From contig NC_009930.1 of NCBI RefSeq assembly GCF_000018105.1, positions 1 through 32,000 of the forward strand: a DNA stretch of 32,000 nucleotides, written 5' to 3'. This document shows, one piece after another, positions 17,407 to 25,380 of the stretch (within the stretch, counting starts at the first letter, position 1; every line of letters starts with the position of its first letter). A program made the translations under genes and the position numbers. Source of the stretch: Acaryochloris marina MBIC11017. GTDB taxonomy: Bacteria; Cyanobacteriota; Cyanobacteriia; Thermosynechococcales; Thermosynechococcaceae. A model generated the notes under the pieces. That model was not told the origin of the DNA, did no database searches, and worked only from the letters and a program-made list of their open reading frames with translations.

Positions 17407-17733
17407 ATGCCGATATTATCAGTCACAACTGATCAGAATGGTTTCTTCATGAAAACTGAAGAATATGATCCGCCAGGTCCATTTCCGTTAAATGTTAATC
17501 TTTCAGCAAAACTTCTCTCCCCAGATCAAACTAAAGTATCTAGTAGTCTTGATATTGATGCGGTAGGAGGAGAAACAAATCAGAAACGTGATTTTCAAAT
17601 TAATACAGGTGAAGAAATATCTTTAGGAGAGTGGAGAATTGATGGTGGTAATAATATTATTATTGTAAACGGGAAAACAACTCCAGTACGTGCAAACACT
17701 GAAATAGAAATTGAGCTAAATGTTTCACTATAA
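17407..17733 (+). CDS. hypothetical small beta-rich protein
   Basis: ORF track 17341..17733. The ATG at 17407 is preceded by AGGAG. 108 aa (MPILSVTTDQNG..). Confidence 0.6.
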   Translation: MPILSVTTDQNGFFMKTEEYDPPGPFPLNVNLSAKLLSPDQTKVSSSLDIDAVGGETNQKRDFQINTGEEISLGEWRIDGGNNIIIVNGKTTPVRANTEIEIELNVSL

Positions 17734-17880
17734 TTTTAAGGATTGGTAGTGATTTAAAGGTAGTGAAACTCTTCAAGAGTTATCAGATATGCGTTATGGT
17801 CAAGGCTGCCTCATTCTAGTCCAGCATGGAATAGTTTTACTTGTAATCGCTAACGAGTTCGATTGCTTTTTGAAACATAT

Positions 17881-17915
17881 ATCATAAAGTAGGAAATACC
17901 TTCCTACTTTATGAT
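17881..17915. repeat. perfect 15-bp stem / 5-nt loop hairpin
   Basis: ATCATAAAGTAGGAA-ATACC-TTCCTACTTTATGAT. No flanking U-tract on either strand. Confidence 0.85.
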
Positions 17916-18026
17916 AGTGGTCAATAAACTGAGGTCTGCAGTGATATAACTATTGTCGGTTACAATATCTCTATCTTTTTTTAGTTTAATAGACCTATTT
18001 ATTCTGGCTAGAAGTGAACCAATAAA

Positions 18027-18764
18027 ATGACCAATAATAAACTTAGTAGATATTTAGTCTCTCAAATAGCAAAAAAAATCCCTAAAGCAGTATTTCTAAA
18101 AGAGACAAATAGAAAGATTATTTCACTGACAATTGATGATATACCTGCTCAAAATGAAGATGATAAACAATCGGCTCGGAAGATTTTAGAAGCCATAGAA
18201 GCACATAATGAATCGTTTTCAACAACTGTAAGTGCAACTTTCTTTATAACCACTGATCATGTCAAGTATGAAAGTGATAAGAGTAAATTAGATTTAGATA
18301 TACTTAAAGAAATTAGTGATAAAGGTCATGAAATCGGCAATCATGGAAAAATTGATCGACGTCATGCAAGTCTATCCAAAATAGAATTTGAAACTGAATT
18401 TCTTGAAGCACATCAATTTTTGTCACAGCATATTAGTCAACCCGTTTGTTGGTTCCGACCTGGACAGGGTTTCTTTAACAAATCTATGTTTGATACATTA
18501 ATAACAGTAGGGCAGAGCTTAGGTTATCAAGAAAAATTTGCTTTGGCATCAATGATTCCGTTTGATACACTGAAATTTTTAGATGATCCAGACTTCACAT
18601 TAAAGAATATAGGTCGCTTTACTTTTCCTGGCTCTATTCTACTTTTACACGGTGGCTTTAGTCATCAGGCTATTAATACTGTAGATGTCTTGAATAAGCT
18701 GTTACCACGACTGCATGAACACAATTATCAAGTTGTTTCCTTGTCCAAACTAATGCTTTCATAA
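18027..18764 (+). CDS. polysaccharide deacetylase-like (CE4 / NodB homology) protein
   Basis: TIDDIP (Asp-Asp at 18135-18140), GHEIGNHG, WFRPGQGFF and ILLLHGG correspond to CE4 motifs 1, 2, 3 and 5. No signal peptide seen. Confidence 0.78.
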   Translation: MTNNKLSRYLVSQIAKKIPKAVFLKETNRKIISLTIDDIPAQNEDDKQSARKILEAIEAHNESFSTTVSATFFITTDHVKYESDKSKLDLDILKEISDKGHEIGNHGKIDRRHASLSKIEFETEFLEAHQFLSQHISQPVCWFRPGQGFFNKSMFDTLITVGQSLGYQEKFALASMIPFDTLKFLDDPDFTLKNIGRFTFPGSILLLHGGFSHQAINTVDVLNKLLPRLHEHNYQVVSLSKLMLS

Positions 18765-18780
18765 ATTGGAAGTTGTGATT

Positions 18781-19665
18781 ATGGCCTCAGCACGAGAAAA
18801 TCTAGAATCAGCGATCGAAAGTATTAGAAATTCTTCCAATGAATTTGCATTCCAATTTCGCATTATTAGATTCCCCAATGCATTAATAGGTATAGCAGAA
18901 GGCGATTCATGGTTTGATTATCCACCATCTTGGATCGAAGATCCTGAAAAAGGTGATCTAATTAATCAATTAAATACTTTTAAGCTTGGGGACGAGAGAA
19001 AATTTAATATCTTACGGATAGCTGAAGCTGGTGATACATTGGAGAACATGGTATTCGGCAACGATCTAGATAAGCTAGGTGAACCCAGGAAAAATCAGTT
19101 CCTAAGAACTTTAGCATTAGTCAGGAGATATAAACCTAAGTTTGTCTTGTTTTCTGGAGGAGGTAATGATGTTGTCGGGGATGGATTAGAAGCTTTCATC
19201 AATCACAATATGCTAAAAGGTAAATATGGACTGCTGCGAGATAGTTATGTAGACTATATTTTAGAAGAAGTATTTCGAGAAATTTTTGAAACGTTTATTA
19301 GTGAAATACTTGATATTGATGACAACATACAAATACTCTTGCATGGGTATGGTTATGCAATACCTGATGGAAAACCTGTGGTCGGTGATGAAAACTTTGG
19401 TTTTATTGGCCCATGGATGGCTCCCACCTTTGCAAGGAAGCGAATTGACTTTGAGGATGGTCAGAAAATCATTATAAAGTTGATCGATAAATTTAATATA
19501 TTACTCAAAACAATTGCGCATAATAATAAAAATAACGTGCATTATCTAGACTTGAGAGAAGTCATTCAACAAGATGACTGGGCTAATGAGCTTCATCTCA
19601 CCGTGACTGGCTATGAAAAAGTGGTTAAAGTTTATACGGACAAGCTCCTAGAAATCTTCCCCTAA
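18781..19665 (+). CDS. SGNH/GDSL-family hydrolase
   Basis: ORF track 18766..19665, with an ATG at 18781. Block I GDSWF (18901-18915) and block III GGGND (19156-19170). The C-terminal NELH sits where DxxH is expected. No signal peptide seen. Confidence 0.78.
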   Translation: MASARENLESAIESIRNSSNEFAFQFRIIRFPNALIGIAEGDSWFDYPPSWIEDPEKGDLINQLNTFKLGDERKFNILRIAEAGDTLENMVFGNDLDKLGEPRKNQFLRTLALVRRYKPKFVLFSGGGNDVVGDGLEAFINHNMLKGKYGLLRDSYVDYILEEVFREIFETFISEILDIDDNIQILLHGYGYAIPDGKPVVGDENFGFIGPWMAPTFARKRIDFEDGQKIIIKLIDKFNILLKTIAHNNKNNVHYLDLREVIQQDDWANELHLTVTGYEKVVKVYTDKLLEIFP

Positions 19666-19879
19666 TGAGCCATGATTTTGTTAGCGTTCATTAGATCTGT
19701 AATAAGTTAATCAGCGGTAATTTAAGCGCACTGCCCTCCATGTCGCAGTCATGCTATGAAAAATCTGTGAACATAAAAATCTTGGTTTCAGATTACTTTT
19801 TTGGGAATTTAAAATAGCCCTGCACAGACCTTAAATACCCTCGGTAAACTTAGCGATGCCTTTTCCTTTGAGTCATTGA

Positions 19880-20195
19880 CTACACCACGTCATAAACACC
19901 GTGAATCAGTTCCTCAAGCATCAGTGCCGCCTCAATATGCTTAAGGGCATCGATCTGCCGATGTTTGGACCTTAGCGTCGTCGCCTCAGCAATCAAATAG
20001 GCGACACAATCACGGAAACATTGGGCCTTTTGCCAGTCAAAGAGAATCCGTTCAATCTCTGGTTCTAACTGTGGCCAGACCAGTGGATTGAAAAGTTTCT
20101 AGGCACCACTAAGGGTTAAATTCTGGGATTGCATCAGGGTTCATGCCGTGGCTACTGTCATGATTGCTACGGAGGAATAGACGACATTGATGATG
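19880..20195 (-). pseudogene. 5'-truncated, nonsense-containing paralogue of the 26601..26978 gene
   Basis: The minus-strand translation IINVVYSSVAIMTVATA*TLMQSQNLTLSGA*KLFNPLVWPQLEPEIERILFDWQKAQCFRDCVAYLIAEATTLRSKHRQIDALKHIEAALMLEELIHGVYDVV* aligns colinearly with PIVNAAYSPMAIVTIATAKSLMQSQELMLSGAQKLFNPAVWPLLEPEIQRIPFDRQKAQCFRDCVAYLMAEATTLRSERRQNDALKHIEAALMLEALIHGGYDD. There are two in-frame stops. Confidence 0.8.
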
Positions 20196-20410
20196 CTGTG
20201 ACGAGTCTCATCAATCGTTATGCTGAGTTGGCGCAACTGGGAATAAAGTGTCATCCCCATATGCTGCGCCATAGCTGTGGGTATCACCTGGCGAATCAGG
20301 GGTTGGATACGAGGTTGATTCAAGATTGGTTGGGACATCGCAATATCCAGCATACGGTGACCTATACGATGCTGAATCCGAAGCGGTTTGGGGAGATTCA
20401 GTGGGGGTAA
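20193..20410 (+). pseudogene. 3' fragment of a second, diverged tyrosine recombinase gene
   Basis: Colinear with 13791-14008. The encoded 71 aa are identical except C->Y. About 15-16 nt differences by hand alignment. No 5' two-thirds of the gene. Confidence 0.88.
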
Positions 20411-20449
20411 CGGATGAGTAGGTGAAGGGGGCGATTGGTAAGTTGTTGT

Positions 20450-20556
20450 GGGAGCGTAATATATCCCTAGTCTGAAATCATTTAGTCAAAAAATCATAGG
20501 AATTTTCCAGATAATGGATAATTATCTAGAGTAGACTAGGTATATATTACGCTCCC
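20450..20556. repeat. 23-bp inverted repeat (22/23) with 61-bp spacer
   Basis: GGGAGCGTAATATATCCCTAGTC (20450-20472) versus the reverse complement of GACTAGGTATATATTACGCTCCC (20534-20556). Confidence 0.85.
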
Positions 20557-20931
20557 TCTGTGATTGGATTCTCTCTAGTTGTAAGAAGTCAATTTAATAG
20601 CGTACTTAACCTTATTGAGAAAGATATCTGTCTCTCTCTGGAAACTGACACGGTATCCTTCCCTGATAATTTAAAGTCATACCCGAGGTTAGTTTTATGC
20701 TGAAGAAAAGAGACGCAGGTTGAGTGGTAGTGAGGACAATCCATGTAAAGCAGACAGAGCTTAGCTTCGGGTAAGCATTAAGCCTATCAGATTTGCGGAC
20801 GTTAATCAATTTTGGCTACTCAAGACTGATAGATTTATTTTTTCTGATCGGTCGCTAACTTGTAAATGCTGGAAACTCAAACCACTATAATCTTCAAACC
20901 TAAAACATTCTAATGCACAACGAATTACTTT

Positions 20932-23652
20932 TTATTGTAATTGGTTTTTAATTTCTTCAGAAATACAAAAATTATATTTTTCTATAACGAAACTATCACT
21001 TTCGTCAGATTTACATAAAGAGTCAGAGTCAAGATCATTATCTGGTTCTGGAATTTGTGTATCTATTGACATTCTAGTATTTTTTGATAGCAGCCAACCT
21101 AACGGTAAAGTTGCTCTTTCTCCAATATAATTATCTAAATATATTGGTATAAATCGTGTATTATATATGATTTTCATATTTGATTCATTTTTATTCTTTT
21201 TTATATTTGAAACAGCTAATGGATGAGTGTTAAGGTCATCTTCTGCTTGCTCAATAATACTATTAGCACGTGAATTTCGAACATTGACTACTGTGCGCAA
21301 TGGAGAAAGTATTTCATTCAAACCCTGATGACTGGCATCAGAAAATTTTCTTGTATCAGGTGAATCAACAAGTGCAATATTTATAAGACTAATTCTCAGA
21401 ACTTTTTCTTTAGATTTTTTAACTGTTTTTGGATTATAAATCTGAGTATCTTCAAGGATTTCATCAATAATATCTCTTGCAGTAGCTACACCTGAATTAT
21501 CAAAATAACCTCCGTCTACAAGTCGGCTTTTACTGATACGTTTTGTAGCTGAGGTTTCATCTTTAACGTAATGTTTAAACCATCCAGCAGGAGTGAATAT
21601 AGGAAATCTCGCACTAATGAATGTAGCAGTACTAAGAGGAATATTAGGATAAACTAAATCAAAATCAAAAAAAGAATTTAACCCATTTGTTGAAAATTTA
21701 AAAGGACTAAAAACTACTCGTTCACCCGTTTCAACGTTTGTAGTATTTAAAACTAATGCAGGATTTTCCTCACATAAATTCCAAAATTCCTTGTAAGAAT
21801 TTGAAAAATAGTTTTCATAGTTCTTCATTTCAGTACTGGCATTAAAAGTATTATCCCAATATTCTTCTAATGCAAGCTCTAGACCACGTACTCTATCCCA
21901 TGTACTAATAGGTATTGGGATAAATCTTTGTAGTAAATCAGGAAACAGAGCTAAAGAAAATAATGGCGATAGAAAGTCATTACCTAATATTTTTTCTACA
22001 TATGGAGATATTTTTTTGTGAACATTTATAGTTGTTGGGCTATTAATATTTTTATTCTGTTGCTGTGCAAACTCTTTAACTAATGCTGAATACACCGCTG
22101 AGCCTAAACTACCACCTGATACAGAACTAATTGCAAAGACATGGCTTGAAAACTTTCCATCACTTGTATCATGTAGCTTTGCTAACGTAGATGCTGCATG
22201 GTATGCAGCATATATTCCACCACCCTGTGCAGAAACAATATAAACAGGATAAGCTATATTTTTTTCGATATACTTATTTTTATCATTTCGTTTTTCTATC
22301 CAACTATCAAATGCATCTGGTATGCTTAGAACAATATCTTTCTTTTTAGAATTTTCAGTTTTATTTTGTTCTTTAATGCCATATATATGTCTTATTTGAT
22401 GATTATCATTCCAGTTAAACTGACTTGATATTAGAGCTAGTATAATTATGAGTGTTATAGTAGGTATTTTTTCTCCAGGCAATATATTTATATATCTAAA
22501 ATCCTCTTTTGGTGTTGAGTAACCCCAGTAGTAAATATTAGAAAAAATAACTGAAAAACTTCCTAGACAAAGAGCTGTGATACTTATTGGACCAATGAAA
22601 ACGATGAATTTTACTGAAGAGTATTTAGGAACAAGCAAAAGAAATACTAATAAAGTTATTACAATACGTGATATAAGAAGCAGATTGACCTCAATTAATT
22701 TCTTTTTCTTATCGACCTCACTAGAAATACATTTAATCTTGTTTTTATTGAACAGATATAGGAAAATATTAAAAATTAAGCATGTTATAAATACAAATAA
22801 AGATTGAAAAGAATAACTGCCAGATGTGTTAGCAATTGTGGGCATAGTGAAAAATATGAAACAGATTAGAGCTGGTGTGATCACCAAAAATTCTGTAACT
22901 GGATTAAATAAGATTTGATTCTCATACTTTTCTAAAGATTTTTTTTTAACTTCGTTCTTGTTAAGCAAGAGATTTTCTTTTATGATGTTAATAATATCAC
23001 GTCTATAGAAAATTATCTGATTAAGACAAAAAAGAATAACCCCAGTCATTGCAAGCCATATCAATGCAAATAGATCAGAATCACTTAGCTCTCCAATATC
23101 TATATATAACTTATATCTATTAACTTTATAAATACCCGTTAAGAGACCATATGTTGGTAATAGACCAATTATTCTTGGAATATATTTTAATGCTGAATAT
23201 TGAGCATGTAATTTGTTTAAATGTAGCTTTTGTTCAGGTTCTACAGTCTCCTCCTTTTCAAACCATTTTGAATAAGTTAATGACTCACCATTAGTATTCT
23301 TGATTTTATTAAAAACATATTTTTCAGAAAGTAAACGCCCTGACATACAAACAAGAATAGAAAGTAACAGCACAAAAAATGTGCTTATTATGACCTTAAG
23401 ATGCTCTTGATCATATATATAAGATCTATAAATTTCAAGACTTTGGTCGATATAGCCAAAAATAATTAAACTTAATATTCCTATAATTGTAGGAACCCAT
23501 AAATGAAATGATATTTTGCGCAAATATATAAAAATAATAGAAATAACAATTATCCAGCAAGCGATATTAATAGTGAGGAGATAAATTACTAGTAAAGATA
23601 ACAATAGGAACGAGATTGAAGACAATGTCTTATTATTTTTTGTTGATTCCAT
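20932..23652 (-). CDS. polytopic-membrane patatin-like phospholipase (paralogue of 1189..3489)
   Basis: 906-aa ORF. About 470 aa of hydrophobic helices, then SAQGGGIYA (GGG at 22217-22225), GGSLG (22102-22116) and DGGYFDNSG (DGG at 21508-21516). Further shared motifs with the first copy. Confidence 0.85.
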   Translation of the reverse strand: MESTKNNKTLSSISFLLLSLLVIYLLTINIACWIIVISIIFIYLRKISFHLWVPTIIGILSLIIFGYIDQSLEIYRSYIYDQEHLKVIISTFFVLLLSILVCMSGRLLSEKYVFNKIKNTNGESLTYSKWFEKEETVEPEQKLHLNKLHAQYSALKYIPRIIGLLPTYGLLTGIYKVNRYKLYIDIGELSDSDLFALIWLAMTGVILFCLNQIIFYRRDIINIIKENLLLNKNEVKKKSLEKYENQILFNPVTEFLVITPALICFIFFTMPTIANTSGSYSFQSLFVFITCLIFNIFLYLFNKNKIKCISSEVDKKKKLIEVNLLLISRIVITLLVFLLLVPKYSSVKFIVFIGPISITALCLGSFSVIFSNIYYWGYSTPKEDFRYINILPGEKIPTITLIIILALISSQFNWNDNHQIRHIYGIKEQNKTENSKKKDIVLSIPDAFDSWIEKRNDKNKYIEKNIAYPVYIVSAQGGGIYAAYHAASTLAKLHDTSDGKFSSHVFAISSVSGGSLGSAVYSALVKEFAQQQNKNINSPTTINVHKKISPYVEKILGNDFLSPLFSLALFPDLLQRFIPIPISTWDRVRGLELALEEYWDNTFNASTEMKNYENYFSNSYKEFWNLCEENPALVLNTTNVETGERVVFSPFKFSTNGLNSFFDFDLVYPNIPLSTATFISARFPIFTPAGWFKHYVKDETSATKRISKSRLVDGGYFDNSGVATARDIIDEILEDTQIYNPKTVKKSKEKVLRISLINIALVDSPDTRKFSDASHQGLNEILSPLRTVVNVRNSRANSIIEQAEDDLNTHPLAVSNIKKNKNESNMKIIYNTRFIPIYLDNYIGERATLPLGWLLSKNTRMSIDTQIPEPDNDLDSDSLCKSDESDSFVIEKYNFCISEEIKNQLQ

Positions 23653-24607
23653 AGAAGTAATATAAGTATTTTTGTTTGCTCAAAATTGATTTAGATAGTA
23701 TTTCTATTTAGATATAGAGAATAAATATATCATAAATGATACACTTAAAGTACTTAAACTTTCCATCTAGAATAATAATAAGATATTTCTAGATTATTTA
23801 TTATTTTTGCTGAGCAATTAAGTTTTTTTTGTGATGCTAAATACTTTATAACTAAACTATGCATTTTTCAGTTTAAGATTTTGATACTGTATATCTTTGA
23901 GTTCAAAAAATTGAATAACTTTCAAGAAGTTAGATGTAGAAATTTGCACGAGAATATGTATCTTAAAATACTTAAATCTTCATCTAGACTGGCATACTAA
24001 ATATCTCTATCAGGTCATCAGTAGTGAAGAGTAAAAAACGATGCTGAGAATTTTTCAGACTCATATGTGATGCAGAGAATATTTGAAAATTAAAATGACT
24101 TGTGAGTAAAGATCATGAGCATATACTTCCCACGTCGAAATCGGTAAGTGACATTATCAAGGGGTAAAAACAAAAAGCAACATGACTTCAACAGGTGTTA
24201 CAGGAGTATGTGAAACGATATTGTTGGAAAAATTTATTGGTCATTGGTTGTGAAGTCTGGAGCAAGGGTTATAAAAGTGAACTAAGGTGTAAGAATATTC
24301 CAATCTTTAGAATTAAATAGATACGTTGCCTAGTCTTAGTTTTGGAGGTCTACAATGGTCACTTACCACACAGTTTAAGGCCCTTGAGTAGCAATTGAAC
24401 AGGAACGTACGCTATGGCTGAAAGCTATATATATAGTAGATTTCAGAGGCTGTATTTTTTACTTTAGAAACTGTACCATTTAGACCTTAGGTTAATTGGT
24501 ACAGAAAAACGGAACGGAATATCAAGGGTTTCAGGCCCCTTCTGGTTGAGAGGTTTAATTTGGTACAGAAAATTTGGAAGCTTAGCGTACGTTTCTGTTC
24601 CGATACT

Positions 24608-24739
24608 GATACTGTTGGCGAAAGTATTACAAATGCAACTACACATGTATTACAGGATCATAAGTGCAACGAAATTCTGTAGGTTGTGCCGTGCGTAGTA
24701 TTTGAATTTCATATTTGTAGCACATTCGCCAACAGTATC
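24608..24739. repeat. inverted repeat of about 28 bp with about 74-bp spacer; possible MITE or IS-end remnant
   Basis: GATACTGTTGGCGAAAGTATTACAAATG (24608-24635) versus the reverse complement of CATATTTGTAGCACATTCGCCAACAGTATC (24710-24739). It contains the 12-mer ACTGTTGGCGAA, also found in both IS1182-type IRs. Confidence 0.7.
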
Positions 24740-24757
24740 CGATACTACCCATACTCC

Positions 24758-25030
24758 TCAATCGGCTTGTCTGGGATAGTCAATCTCGTCACAGAACTCG
24801 GACCAATTCTCTTGCTGAAACTCAGAGGCACGTATAGAAGTTTCTTTGGCTTGTACCTGAATGAAATGGTGATCAATTAATTCTTGGATAAACGTTGAAT
24901 GGCCGCCTGAAGGTACACTGTCATCCAGCACTGGAAACTCATAGGAAAGCCGTAGTTCAGCCACAGTATCCTTCTTGGCTAATCTCAGCAGTTCTAGCTG
25001 TTGTTGAGTTAGGGAAGGAATCTGAGTCAT
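24758..25030 (-). CDS. hypothetical protein
   Basis: 90-aa ORF. Its ATG overlaps the stop of the upstream gene (ATGA at 25027-25030), suggesting translational coupling. Confidence 0.55.
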   Translation of the reverse strand: MTQIPSLTQQQLELLRLAKKDTVAELRLSYEFPVLDDSVPSGGHSTFIQELIDHHFIQVQAKETSIRASEFQQENWSEFCDEIDYPRQAD

Positions 25031-25350
25031 GGTTGACCGTTTTGCAACAGTTGCTCAATCCGATCCAAGCGTTGGTTGACGCCTTCAAATTGAGTATTCA
25101 TATCTTTACGCAACAGTTCAATCTCAATCCTGTTGTCAGCAATCTTGTCCAGTAATCGGCTCTCACTAGTGGGGACGATAGCAGCAACACTGGTATTGAT
25201 CAGGAAGAACAGACCACCTATCAGAAAACCAATGACAGCCAATATGGGCAGCAAGTCTTTGGATAGATCCACCAAAGAAGAAAAACGGGTTGGGGTAGTG
25301 TCTTGGTTATCTGAGGTCATTGTGCTGTCTGTGTCCTCAAACGCAAACAA
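25027..25350 (-). CDS. hypothetical single-pass membrane protein with coiled-coil tail
   Basis: 107 aa. Hydrophobic segment LLPILAVIGFLIGGLFFLINTSVAAIV, then heptad-like RIEIELLRKDMNTQFEGVNQRLDRIEQLL. Confidence 0.6.
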   Translation of the reverse strand: MFAFEDTDSTMTSDNQDTTPTRFSSLVDLSKDLLPILAVIGFLIGGLFFLINTSVAAIVPTSESRLLDKIADNRIEIELLRKDMNTQFEGVNQRLDRIEQLLQNGQP

Positions 25351-25380
25351 TGGAAATTTGTTTATATCGTATTCTGAGGG

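Noticed and set aside
17770-17870. GAGTTCGATTG resembling a tRNA T-loop.
   Set aside because: I could not fold flanking sequence into T-stem, acceptor or anticodon arms, so there is no cloverleaf.
20129-20410. Tracked 93-aa ORF beginning MHQGSCRGYCHDCYGG.
   Set aside because: It is a chimera. Its first about 21 codons are the antisense of the 26601-like pseudogene, and the rest is the recombinase 3' fragment. It is reported as two pseudogene remnants instead.
20612-20809. 65-aa minus-strand ORF downstream of the second patatin gene.
   Set aside because: No RBS, no recognisable motif, and it lies in a composition-transition zone. Probably noncoding.
24464-24880. ORFs 24464..24646 (-) and 24686..24880 (+).
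   Set aside because: Both run through the arms of the 24608-24739 inverted repeat, and both contain TFANSI as a mirror artefact. Neither has start signals. The second also overlaps the better-supported minus-strand gene 24758..25030.
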